Source of the DNA: Perkinsela sp. CCAP 1560/9
Taxonomy: Eukaryota > Protista > Euglenozoa: Kinetoplastea
Assembly: GCA_965644495.1 (NCBI GenBank)
Contig: CBFFSA010000011.1
Location: forward strand, 434,001-498,000
Direction: 5' to 3'
Length of the DNA stretch: 64,000 bases
The translations under genes and the position numbers were made by a program. Under the pieces are notes generated by a model. The model did not search any database. It was not told the origin of the DNA and was given only the letters and a program-made list of their open reading frames with translations. Numbering within the stretch: the first letter of the stretch is position 1; each line of letters starts with the position of its first letter. Below, piece by piece: positions 11,539 through 22,871 of this stretch.

Positions 11539-12040
11539 ATGATAGCTAATCAATAATAGGACAAAATAAATGAACTCGTGAGTTGAATCTGTTTTATTAT
11601 ATCGACCTATGAGGGGCTATCCCCGGTGTGACCCCCCTCGGCTATCCCCCTCATGGGTTCCTGCTTGGAAAACTCTGGTGTGGGCGGAAAACTCTGATTT
11701 TCCGCCATTTTTAGGATCATTCAAAAGTCCAAAATTCTGCAAAACCTGCGTCCCTTTTTTTTGTTATTCAGGTCTTTTTACGACCTTATACGTCGGTACA
11801 GTCCACTGTTCTCTGACAATCGTACTTTCTCGATTTTTTTAGAAAAGTGAAAATATAGTTTTTTAATGAAATAAAGTAATTGAAGTACTTCATACTAACT
11901 TTATTCGCCAAAAAGAAAACCGTTTTTTTTACTTCATTGTAACTTATCGTTTCCGCGAACCCTGTTTTTTCATGCATCGCATGACTCGCATTATTACGCA
12001 TCATATTCCATTAGAACTCCTTTACGAATCTCACCCTCCC

Positions 12041-12895
12041 ATGTCCGACGGCAACACCGTGTTCATCGGTAACATCACCTCCCAGAGCGAGTCCGAGATC
12101 GAGTCCGCGCTGGCCCCGTTCGGGGAGATCACCAGCGTACGCCTGCGTGGGGCGTTTGCGTTCGTGGACTTCACCTCCCATGACAGCGCGGCGAAGGCCA
12201 TCGACAGCGTGACCACAATCGCGGATGGGGGCGTGCGGCTGGATTGGCCACGGCCGCGACGGGCTCCGGCAGCAGGAGGACCAGGGGGCGCTGCCGGGGG
12301 GAGAGGGTGCTTTAGCTGTGGAGAGGAGGGTCACCGTGCACGGGATTGCCCGAATGCCAGTCAGGGCAACAAGTGCTTCAACTGTGGCGGGTTTGGACAT
12401 ATCTCCCGGGAGTGTACAAAGGAGAAGGTGCCCCCGGGGGCGTGTTTTGTGTGTAAGGAGAGTGGGCACCGTGCGGCGGAGTGTCCGAACCGAGGAGGGG
12501 GGGATGATCGACGAGGGGGGAGTCCCGGAGGACGACGCGGTCGTAGCCGGTCGTACTCTCGTGGACGCTCGATTTCACGCTCTCCTCCTCGACGGGGATA
12601 CGGGAAGCGCGGGCGAGACTACGATAGCGTCAGTCGTAGTCGCAGCCGGGGTCATGGTCGCCGGGACAACCGCCGACGCTCGTACGATCGTGAGGACTCT
12701 TGCGACCGTCGCCGGGGCCGAGGACGACGGGAGGAACGAGGCAGGTACGAAAGTCGAAGCCGAAGTCGGAGCTACGGACGGCGCCGCAACGAGCGCAGTG
12801 AAAGCCCCCGTCGGGGACGAGGAGGAGGTCGCGAGCAGCGCAGTCCCCCACGACGACGCTATCGTGACGAAAGTGAAAGCCCACGTCGACGATAG
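12041..12895 (+). CDS. SR-type RNA-binding protein: RRM + 3 CCHC zinc knuckles + RS-rich tail
   Basis: VFIGNI and GAFAFVDF (RNP2/RNP1); three CxxCxxxGHxxxxC; RS/RG-rich C-terminus. Confidence 0.9.
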   Translation: MSDGNTVFIGNITSQSESEIESALAPFGEITSVRLRGAFAFVDFTSHDSAAKAIDSVTTIADGGVRLDWPRPRRAPAAGGPGGAAGGRGCFSCGEEGHRARDCPNASQGNKCFNCGGFGHISRECTKEKVPPGACFVCKESGHRAAECPNRGGGDDRRGGSPGGRRGRSRSYSRGRSISRSPPRRGYGKRGRDYDSVSRSRSRGHGRRDNRRRSYDREDSCDRRRGRGRREERGRYESRSRSRSYGRRRNERSESPRRGRGGGREQRSPPRRRYRDESESPRRR

Positions 12896-13474
12896 GTGGG
12901 TCAACTATAGAAAGAGATCAAAGTTGTACAAGGTTTAAAAAGAATTTAAAATTCTTAAAAAGAATTTAATATACATTGAGGAGAAAAAAAGTATCAATTT
13001 TTTTGGACATTTTTTTATACATTTTGAGGATAAAGTTAAAAAAAAATGAAACGAGAGATGAGCATACGCAGCACACACCAATTAACGAACTATCAGGCAT
13101 AGTTTACAATTTCGCGTTATATTGGTTATTCGTTGAATAATTAGCTTTTCCCTCAACTTATTACATATCGGTTCGAAATATTTTACATGGGCTCCCCAAG
13201 TTCCAGGGTAGGAACAAAGTAAGTAGGGGACTTGCTTGGAATATCATAAGCTTAATTATTGATTCGTCTTGTGGTACATCATGGTAATAGGCGTTACATG
13301 TACGATGAAATCAATCTCAAATTCTCTGTATCCGCTTTTATTTCGTATAATCCTAACACGGATTAAATACTTTTCGTTGCGAAGATGCACATACATGATG
13401 CACATCGCCTACAGGGCCTCTTTATTCTTTTACTACTTTTTGCTTAAAATCTAGTCTCTTTACAGTTTCCTTAC

Positions 13475-14146
13475 ATGAAGTCGTTAATTGAAATAACCTC
13501 TTCGGAGGACACATCTTCCGCTACTGGAAGATCCGCTCGCCCTGCCAAAGTGCGTGGCGCTGTGTTATCCCCGGAATTTGCTCTCATGCATTTCTTCGAA
13601 AATCCTCCTCATGGTTGGAGCGAGCAAAAAGTAATACGACACTGGCCTGGAATAGTCTGTAACAAGGCAGGTAAGGTAACGAAAATTACTGTTTTTGGTC
13701 AAGACCCGCATGGAGTGATGCGGTGGAATTACCTTCCCGAAAGCGTACGATCCTTAGAAGCGAGTTCGAACGGCTTGCAAGGCACTCTTGAACTCTCGCG
13801 CCTACCGTGGGATTTACGAAAACTTGACTTGAGCCATAACGTTCTAGTTGGCACGTTGGATCTATCGATGTTTCCGCAGTCCATGCATTACATTAACTTG
13901 GGGCATAACCAACTCCGTGGATCCCTCAACCTTGAATGCCTCTCTCCCGAGATGCGCTTCCTCGAGCTGCAACACAATGGATTTCACGGAGAGGTAAACT
14001 TAAACTGTCTTCCGAGAAGCATGCATCATCTTGGGTTATCTCATAATATTGAGCTTACTGGAGAGGTGAAAATGTGGAAACTCCCAAAAGGTCTTTGGTA
14101 CAATTGGGTAAAAACTGGCATCCGCGCCTATCCCGTGAATGTTTAA
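13475..14146 (+). CDS. Short LRR protein (same family)
   Basis: RPAKVRG motif, W..W.GIVC cap, about 5-6 repeats of 23 aa. Confidence 0.88.
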   Translation: MKSLIEITSSEDTSSATGRSARPAKVRGAVLSPEFALMHFFENPPHGWSEQKVIRHWPGIVCNKAGKVTKITVFGQDPHGVMRWNYLPESVRSLEASSNGLQGTLELSRLPWDLRKLDLSHNVLVGTLDLSMFPQSMHYINLGHNQLRGSLNLECLSPEMRFLELQHNGFHGEVNLNCLPRSMHHLGLSHNIELTGEVKMWKLPKGLWYNWVKTGIRAYPVNV

Positions 14147-14583
14147 TGAGTAACGAATCAGTTCGCATAATCTTGCGCTACATTATGTAGCATAGGATTT
14201 ACTAGGATTATGTAACATCTTACTTAAATTGCATGTATTCTCAAGTTTTTCGCCAAGTCGCGTATATCGTAGTGTCCTATATCGTACAGCTCGCGGCAAT
14301 ACGAATCAATTTATTGTTCGTTCGTTTGATTCTTTGTTTGCGTTAGCTCATCTTATTTTCAGTGCTCCGTAAATCTACAAAGGTTCCATTACAGTACTAA
14401 ATTTTATAAGTTTTGAAATACGGCCCCTTAAAACTATATTGTTTAAACTTTTGTCTTCCTGTGTAGTTTATTCCATAAATCCTGTTTAAAAAATCAATCA
14501 CACGCTTCTCTCACACAAAAAAAATCATCTTTCTTTTTTTCCTTTTTTCCCTTTCCTTTCCTCCCCTTCCTTTTGTTTCCCTC

Positions 14584-15405
14584 ATGAGTGAGTCCGACGC
14601 CTCCGTGCTCCCCCACGACCCCTCCTCTCTGCTGTTCCTTGCGAAGCTCGCGGAGCAGACAGAGCGGTTCGAGGACATGGTGCGCTACGTGAAGGGGCTG
14701 GCCGCACTCAAGCCCGAGCTCTCCCCGGAGGAGCGCAATCTGCTCAGCGTGGCGTACAAGAATGTAATCGGGGCGCGACGTGCGGCATGGCGTGTGGTCG
14801 CGGCGGCGCTTACCCAACATGAGAGTGTTCTCCCCGAGGGGGAGAGTGGGGAGACCGAGGACGCCACGCGAACCGCACTGCGCGAGTATAAGTCCAGTAT
14901 TGAGTGTGAGGTCGGGGAGGTTTGTACCGATATTGTTACGTTACTGGAGGGTACGCTTCTCCCGGCGGTGGCGGAGGACGCCGAGACCCGAGTGTTCTAT
15001 CTCAAAATGGAGGGCGACTACTATCGTTACCATGCCGAGACGCTTGGCGAGGAGAAGGCAGATGCCCCGAAGCGTCACGCGTTGGAGGCGTACCGCACAG
15101 CCACGGAGCTTGCGGAACCTGTGTTGAGTCCAACTCACCCGATCCGTCTCGGTCTTGCTCTTAACTTTTCTGTCTTCTACTATGAAATTTTACATGACTT
15201 TGATAAAGGATGTGCTATGGCACAGAAAGCTTTTGATGACGCGTGCCCGGATCTTGAGTCTCTTGACGAGGAAAATTACAAAGAAAGTGCGTTGATTTTG
15301 CACCTACTCCGAGACAATTTGGCGCTGTGGAGAAACGAAGGCGAGGATGCCGAAAATAGCTCGGAAGGAAGTGATGCAAGCTCGCAAGCGGAAAACAGTC
15401 AATAA
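14584..15405 (+). CDS. 14-3-3 protein
   Basis: AKLAEQTERFEDM, EERNLLSVAYKNVIGARR, KMEGDYYRY, PTHPIRLGLALNFSVFYYE, LLRDNL. Confidence 0.97.
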   Translation: MSESDASVLPHDPSSLLFLAKLAEQTERFEDMVRYVKGLAALKPELSPEERNLLSVAYKNVIGARRAAWRVVAAALTQHESVLPEGESGETEDATRTALREYKSSIECEVGEVCTDIVTLLEGTLLPAVAEDAETRVFYLKMEGDYYRYHAETLGEEKADAPKRHALEAYRTATELAEPVLSPTHPIRLGLALNFSVFYYEILHDFDKGCAMAQKAFDDACPDLESLDEENYKESALILHLLRDNLALWRNEGEDAENSSEGSDASSQAENSQ

Positions 15406-15832
15406 GTCACTTCCGCTTTCTTTATTTTCCTAGAAAACGAGATTTACATAGAATCTTTATCTGAACACAAACTTTGTTCGCTAAAACGAAAATGAGAAAG
15501 TTTGTCATGGCATTTCGTATTTTGTTTCGTAAATTCTTTTTTCACTTTGGAACTGTGTAGACCTATGCCCTCAGAATAGTGTGCAAATCATACGCGTGGT
15601 CGCATTATGTAAACTGAAAATTTTAAATTCTAAAATTCATTTCTATCCTCGTAAGTTGCCAACATTGGCAGGCTTTCTATTTTCTTAATTAACCGGAACA
15701 CTCCTACAAAGAACTACCTGTACTAAACTCTAGACTAAAGTACAGAACTAACTTTCTCATAGTTATAATTTAGTAGTGTATGTCGCTTCATGTAGGCAAG
15801 GAAGCTAGTCATTTTACTTCTTTTTTATTTCT

Positions 15833-16642
15833 ATGAATTTGCTTTCTCGAACGTCAGACATTTCCGCTCTTCGCCCTTCCAAAGTGCGAGGCGCATTCAT
15901 GCCAGCAGAAGTATGTCTTGATCGTTTTCTTCGAAATGTGACAAACCGGCCGAAATCTTGGACAACAGATTACGACGCGTGCATGTGGGAATGTGTAGAT
16001 TGTAACAGCAGGCGGGAGGTGTTTCGCTTGCGCTGGCAATTTCAACGGCTTGCGGGAACTCTTTCCTGGGCTGACCTTCCCCCCACACTTTCAAAATTAA
16101 ATTTGGGTAGCTTTGAGCATCACACCAACAACCTTTCTGGCACAGTTTCATTCAACTCTTTTCCGCGCGGCATACGCTCACTGCTTCTGGGATATAATGA
16201 ATTCAGCGGCAATCTGAACACTGAGCACTTTCCAACGACGCTAGAAAAACTCGATGTGGAGGAGAATTCTTTTGACGGCTCAATAGCCCTTGAAACTTTG
16301 CCTCTCTCCATGCAAGCAATGGATGTAGGGGGGAATTTTTTGTCCGGTAGTTTGAATTTAACGATGCTTCCCATGTTAGCCTCATTGGGGCTTGCGATAA
16401 ATCGATTTACAGGGTGCATCGACCTGACGCAACTTCCAAAAACTCTTCTGGAACTTCATTTGCATGAAAATCGTCTATGTGGAACAATTGATCTTACTTC
16501 TTTGCCACCGAAGTTAGAGTACTTGCATTTAGACACCAATGAGTTTACAGGTATTGTAGATGCTCGTTCAGTACCTTCGTCGTTGGTGTATCTCAGCCTT
16601 GAAGAAAATAATTTTTCATCTATTCAAGGTAATGTATTATAG
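15833..16642 (+). CDS. LRR protein (same family)
   Basis: RPSKVRG motif, WTTDYDACMWECVDC cap, about 8 LRRs. Confidence 0.9.
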   Translation: MNLLSRTSDISALRPSKVRGAFMPAEVCLDRFLRNVTNRPKSWTTDYDACMWECVDCNSRREVFRLRWQFQRLAGTLSWADLPPTLSKLNLGSFEHHTNNLSGTVSFNSFPRGIRSLLLGYNEFSGNLNTEHFPTTLEKLDVEENSFDGSIALETLPLSMQAMDVGGNFLSGSLNLTMLPMLASLGLAINRFTGCIDLTQLPKTLLELHLHENRLCGTIDLTSLPPKLEYLHLDTNEFTGIVDARSVPSSLVYLSLEENNFSSIQGNVL

Positions 16643-17464
16643 GCATCTCATCCAATATTCTTATAACAGGGGTGCAAATCTGATACAGGAGACGTCAGAA
16701 AAATGGCACTTTTACTTAATTTCGGAAATTCATGGCGTGCATTTGAATTCGCACAGCTTTGTATATTCGCACACCTTTGTATGTTTCGGGAGAAGAGGTT
16801 TCCGTGAAATTCACTTACCGTGACCCACCCCCTAACTAGATACATCGGAACATACGTTGTTCTGGGAACTGTTCTTCGTTCTGCGAGAATGAGAACGACG
16901 CTCTGTGTGTCCACTCTGCATGAAATCATGTAAAATGTAATGTAAAATGTAATAATGTAATGTCATGTAATAATGCAAAACATATCTAAAAAATTGCCAA
17001 GGAGTCTTACGTTCTTTTTCTTCTTTTCTCATCACTAATAGAATTTTCTACTTTACTCATGGCTCAAGGCTTTTAGCACACTCAACACGTTGGTATACAA
17101 GCTTGTGGTCCAATAGCCTTTGAATAATGTCCCTTTCGCTTGTCGCTGCCAAAACTGTGTATGACCAATTGTCGGTACAAGAAAAATCTGTGCACTGCCG
17201 ACAATTTATGTCCAAAGTAGCCAAAAGTTTTGGCTTCTTTCCACCTTTTTGAAAAAGGTGGAAAAGTATCAGATTAACTGATGTATTTGCTTCAAAATGA
17301 GTCTTTAGAATAATTATGACTCTTTTTCAAAAAAATTTAAACTTTGGCGCAAAACCGGTTCCCTTTCATTAATGATTTAATAAATTTAATTTTGAAATTT
17401 ATAAGCGTGTTTCGTAGGTAGGAATGAAACATTACTCAGTGAATACAACATCTATGCTTGACGG

Positions 17465-17584
17465 TAATGTGAGGGTTGGTAGTCCTAATCTGGGCTTACC
17501 CAGAGAGGGTCCACCAACCCGTCATTATCACGGCGCAGTAGACGCGCCATGGCAGGCCTGGCACCATGAAGGCCAGAAAAAAAA
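17465..17584 (+). repeat. 120-bp A-tailed structured repeat, copy 1 (inverted partner at 22872-22991)
   Basis: Two mismatches seen against the reverse complement of 22872-22991; ends in A8. Confidence 0.85.
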
Positions 17585-18890
17585 GGCACATTCATGGATA
17601 CTCAGGCACATCCCACTGAAGGGGCCGACGACACGCAAGAAGTGGTCTCTCCAGCATCCGAACAAGTCGAATGTCGAAAAGGCTTCAATACGCTGTCGGG
17701 AAATTCATTTAGAGAAAAATTAGGAAAACGAAAATAAATACTGTTACTATAGTAAATAAATAAAGTTAGTAATAGTAAATACGAAACGAAATATTGCAAC
17801 TGCAAATGTATAATTTATCCAGACACCGTGATACATGATTGAAGTTTGATACAGACATCCTTTGAAAGGAAGGATACATACACGACAAGATGTGTATGAA
17901 GCCTCGCTCGCAATAATTTAACTTAACACAAATAAATTGAGATACAGTGAGTCGTTGGTTCAATGAATGAAGCCGAGCACACCATCATTCTCGGAATCTT
18001 TATCACGTCTATTATTCGGACGGCAACCCTACATACACACACGTTTAAGCCACCAGAACTATACAGAACTGTACTACTTCAACTAGTCTCTACTTGTATT
18101 ACTAGGAATCTATACTGAATTAGCATTCTTACTACTCTTACTAGTGGATCTACTCTAGGAAAGGCCGTTCCATTAAAACCTAGAAACCCTCCACTAAACG
18201 AGTAACTACGACTCAATGGCACTGGTCATTTAGGGTTCCACTAATTTACGCATCATCTAAGATGCAGGGATACCACACTTACAAACACACCACACTTACT
18301 AACAGGTATGGCGTATCCAAAACGTAATAATAAAAGCGAGTCAGAGACCACACGTGGAACTGTAGTCATACAGACCGACAGTATCCAACAGCCATGGCAA
18401 TTCCACGAGAGGCAGTACCCTTGATGCGAGCGGTCATATTCTGTATTTTTTGCCTCTATATTACCCAATACATGAGCCATGAAGGTCCATAGGGGGGGTT
18501 GTCATGTTCTATATAAAATAACTAGCAATTGGCGAGCCCAAAACTAGCAAATGTATGTAAATTATGCCGCTAACATGAAGCAATAAAAATTAAAACAGAG
18601 AAACAAGCAAAACATGCCATTCGCGCAGGTTCCGGACCGGGTCTTTCGATCTCTCCACGGCCTGACTTGTGAACCCTTCCCTTGTTATACGGGAGGGCGC
18701 AGGCGCGGGCCTGTGTCGACAGCGACACGGTCGCGAAACAGGATGCTGGTCGACGGGGAGGAGATTCACTACCCGTGTACTACCTCACTTGGGGTACCTA
18801 GCCCTCGCGGGCTAGGCGTAAGTATAGACTCTGTCGACGCGACCAGCACCCTAATCGTCTTGTTACCCTAGCGGACCATGCCTGTGGGCC

Positions 18891-19610
18891 CTACTCCTCT
18901 TCCGGGGGAGCTTGGGGGTCACTGACGACTATCCGGGAGACCATCATGCGGGCCTGAGAGCGCATGAGTGTGACGTTAAGCTCTTTCAGAAGGTCATTTC
19001 GGGCTTGAGCATCCGTGAGAAGACCTTTTGACGAGTTGGCGCGTAGTGCTCCCACCTTCCATAAGACCGCCATTGCGCTTTTACTCCACGAGCCAAAAGA
19101 CTCGACAACCATGGCCGTGAACCCTAGTTGTGCTTCTTCTGCTTCTTGACGTTGTTTTTCCTTCGTTTCTGAGTAATGCTCGGCGAAAGACCCTGCAGCC
19201 ACCCAGCTAGCATTCCGGACAGAGTCCAAATACTTTGTTTGCTGTGCGTGGGTGACTGCGAAGTCTAGTACCATGCCTTTCCCTAGAGTGTACGTGGGGA
19301 GGAAAACGTCAGCCGGTCTGGTGAGACCCCCTCCTGGCCCCCGATTTCCTAGACTTTTTTCTCGCTGGGGAGCCATGTTGGCCTTGCTGCAAAAGGAGGC
19401 GAATTCTACACAAAGCGCATTGTGACGCGTGATGAGGCCATGTCCGTTCTTGCACAATAATGTATGCTCCCCATTTTTCTGTAGGGGTAGGGAACACCCG
19501 TTTGCTGGGCAGGGGCGGTCTTGGCCATAAATGTCCATGCCAAACCACCAGCGCGATAACGTGCGGAACTCGGTTGGTGTGAAGGCAAAACCTTTACTCC
19601 TTGAGGGCGT
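18891..19610 (-). pseudogene. 5'-truncated CRE/SLACS-type non-LTR retrotransposon: CCHC + restriction-like endonuclease
   Basis: CPANGC..GEHTLLC, RHNAL, RPADV, LDFAVT, VVESFG; no RT upstream in frame. Confidence 0.8.
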
Positions 19611-19829
19611 TTTTTTTTGCAAATAATTGGGGGGAGTAGTATTGAGTCTAATGTTTTTATCTACTTTTCCAACTTTCCTACTCTCCACACTTACAATCCT
19701 TCACCCAAAAAGCTTTCATCCTACTTCCTTCCTTCCCCCACTTCCTGCCCCTCACCACACTTCCCTTCCTCCACTTACGCCCTACCCCACTGACCGGCTC
19801 GTCCGCGCAGGGGCCCATGCGGTTCAGAG

Positions 19830-20142
19830 CCTCCGCTCTCACCCCGTTAGCAATATAAGATACTTTGTGTTGCTGTGCGAGGGTGGGAGACGTGGAGGTG
19901 ACCTCCGCTCCCACCCCGTTAGCAGTATCAGATACTTTAGGTTGCTGTACGAGGGTGGGAGACAAGGAGGAGACGAAGCGCAAAGACGCCGTCGCGCCAA
20001 GGGGGGAAAGCGAAAAGAGAGACATGGCGGGACGGACGCGGAGACGAGGGGAAACAACGCCGCAGCCCATCGGTCTGGAACTCTGCCCCCACCCCGTGAG
20101 CAAGTATAGTGTACTTTGGGCTGCTGGCACGGGGGTGGGGGA
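19830..20142. repeat. Three related ~55-nt hairpin units (CCCACCCCGT...GGGTGGG)
   Basis: Copies near 19836-19890, 19907-19960 and 20085-20141. Confidence 0.7.
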
Positions 20143-20318
20143 CGCAAGAGAGAAAGACAGAAGAACAACGAGCGCGCAGAGGCGGGAGGAAGAGGTGGGG
20201 GGATACGACACAGGGGAATGATGGGACGAGAGAGGGAGGGGGGATGCCGACAATAGTGAGAAAATTTGAGGGGGGATGCCGACAATAGAGAGAAAATTTG
20301 AGGGGGGTGCCCTCCAAA

Positions 20319-22231
20319 CTTTTTTTTTATCTCTCTCTCCCTGAACCCCATCGCCCAGCTAGCCTCGTACCCCGCGGCGGTACCAGTCTTGTACTGCCGC
20401 CTGTACAATCTGGGCATTACCTTTCTGGATGGCCACCCCTATGGCCATCAGAAGGTGGGACATGCATCCGTTCTTGTCGGATAGGTGGGCCCGGGCCACC
20501 TTGGTTAGGAAGTTCAAGGTCTCTGGGCCCGGGATCCCGTACGTGGAGAAGGCCAAGGGGTAAAATTCCATCCCTCGGGCGGTCGCCATCTCATCGTGTG
20601 AGCGCCGCTTGTTGGCCTCCGCCATCCTCAGGGTATGAGAAGGCTCTGCGGCCTCCTTCTCCACGTAGGACGGGGCCAGTGGGTTCACCACGGTGACATC
20701 AACTAGGGCAGTCTTCCGTCCCAGCTGGAAGCATATGTCGGGCCCCCGTCCATTGTCGAACCTCGGTTCGTGTAGGTCCGGTTTGAAACCATATTGCACG
20801 AGAAGGTTTCGAAAGGTTTCCTTGACCTCCTTGTGGCGGGAGGCCTGGGTTTTCCCCTTAACCTTCTTGCAATCCAGTGCGTGTACGCAAAACTCCTCAT
20901 TGCGGAGGGTTGCACCGCACACGCACTGGAGCTCAGGTTCCGAGGTGGGGGCGACCAAGTACCGGAGACGGGCCGCAGTCTCCCACTGCGGGTCCCGCAT
21001 GTAATACTCCGGCCTGTTGGGCCATGCGTTCATCCACTTAGTGGAGTGAATGTTCTGGGTCTGTCGCATGCAGACCAGTTGGGTGGCCGTCGGGGCTTTC
21101 CCCAACGCGGCCTCACAGAGGTTGCTCCGCTGTTCCTTGGCTGACATGCCTTGGGGTCGGCCCTGTAGGGTGTTCTTCGCCTTGGCCTGCATGTCTTCCG
21201 CCTTGTGCTCGAAGGGGATGGTCCCGAGGAAATCAGCCGTGAAAAGGTTATTGGAGAACGGCGTTTTCCCCAAGGAGCTCATCCCCCCGAGCAAGGCCTC
21301 AGCACATGCCAGGACGGCTTTGTCGACCTGGGTATTGGCCACTTTAGTGACCGGGGGGTCGTGGGTCCTTACGATGTAGTTCCATCGAGGACTCCCACAG
21401 AGTCTTAAGAGGGGCAAGGCGCATTGCCTGCTAATGTCCTTGAGTTTCCCCTGGAAGGAGATTACCTTGGGGGCCTTGGAAAGCACCCATTCTTCCTCCC
21501 TAGCCTCCGACACCCCGATGAAGGCCCCCAGTAGTTCGACCCCCCCTGGGGAGTGGACCGTGCGAGATCCGGAGAACTCGGAGAAGAGCTCCTCGCGTCT
21601 GGTAGCTACCTTGCATTTAGCGGTATTTAACCGTAGCCCAAGATGTTTCAGCTCCTCGCGGAGGGCCTCTAGGGCTTCCGCGCAAACCTTGGGTTCACCA
21701 GCAAAAGTGACGTCATCCAGGTACGCCCAGACCTTCAGCGTGCCTGTGAAGTTGGCCGCCACTCTGGCGATTGCCCCCTGGATCCCTATGGCAAATAGGA
21801 TGGGAGCCATGGGGTCACCTTGCTTGACCCCCCTTGAGCTCGTGATGCATTGGCCTTCCCCAAGGTGAAGGGTACTTGTGGTGCCGTAGCTGAAAAGGGT
21901 GATTCGGCCTGCCCCTGAAGTGCTGTCGCACATTATAAATTATGTGCTCACACCCCTGCGTGTATTGGGCTCCAAACTGGATGCCCTGAAAGTAAGTGGG
22001 GAGATGTTCCCGGATTTTCTCCAGGGCAAGGAGCCCCGCCACCTTGAGGATGCACTCTCCCATGGCGATGGGCATGTAGGACGAGTGGTGCCCCGCCGGG
22101 GAGTCCGGTTTGGTGAATAGTTTTAAAGACGCCCCCGTGAGCAGTTCCCTCATTGAGGGGGGGAGGGAGTTGGCCATTATCCCGTGGATTATCCACGTGA
22201 TACAGTTGCGGGGTCCATCTTCCTGTATCAA
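20319..22231 (-). mobile_element. CRE/SLACS-type non-LTR retrotransposon, RT + RLE, frameshifted and 5'-truncated, with A-tail
   Basis: PIAMGE and QFG (21815-22231); GVKQGDP, YLDD, CVCG..HALDC, SRH, GPDI, VDVTV, PLAFSTYG (20359-21933); minus-strand A-run at about 20319-20328. Confidence 0.88.
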
Positions 22232-22269
22232 ACGCCATACTCTCTATCAAATCAACGTGACTGTTTCAA

Positions 22270-22800
22270 CGCTACATGCGAATCTACTCCATGCGAGCGG
22301 TTCGACGCTGCATCAAACAGCGGATCTACGCTCCTATAAATCCGCATGAGTGGCTCGACGCTGCAGGAGCAGCGGATCTACACTACATGCGAGCGGTTCG
22401 ACGCCGTATCAAACAGCGGATCCACGCTCCTATTAATCGGCATGAGTCGCTCCACGCTGCAGGAGCAGCGGATCTACACTCCATGCGAGCGGTTCGACGC
22501 TGTATCAAACAGCGGATCCACGCTCCTATTAATCGGCATGAGTCGCTCCACGCTGCAGGAGCAGCGGATCTACACTCCATGCGAGCGGTTCGACGCTGTA
22601 TCAAACAGCGGATCCACGCTCCTATTAATCGGCATGAGTCGCTCCACGCTGCAGGAGCAGCGGATCTACACTCCATGCGAGCGGCACCACGCTGTGTCAA
22701 ACAGCGGCTCCACGCTCCATCACATCAGCGTGAGTGGCTCCACGCTGCTAAAACAGAGGCTCCACACTCCATGCGGGCGGCTCCACGCTCTATCGAATCT
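22270..22800. repeat. 96-bp tandem repeat, about 5.3 copies
   Basis: ATGCGAGCGG-like starts at 22291, 22387, 22483, 22579, 22675 and 22771. Confidence 0.92.
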
Positions 22801-22871
22801 GCTTGAATTCCGCCGAATTAGTTTTCGGATTTTGGTGCAGGCCGGGTTTCAAGCCCGGTGTTGTCAAAACA

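Noticed and set aside
12011-12938. Overlapping and antisense ORFs on the SR gene (likewise on AspRS, 14-3-3, CRE and the 997-aa ORFs)
   Set aside because: Shadow ORFs of real coding sequence with no motifs.
1543-16642. Nuclear stop-codon reassignment
   Set aside because: Conserved genes read fully in the standard code and use TGG for Trp.
1543-16642. Prokaryotic operon or bacterial contig
   Set aside because: 14-3-3, SR protein, eukaryotic AspRS and CCA-less tRNA genes with T-run terminators indicate a eukaryote.
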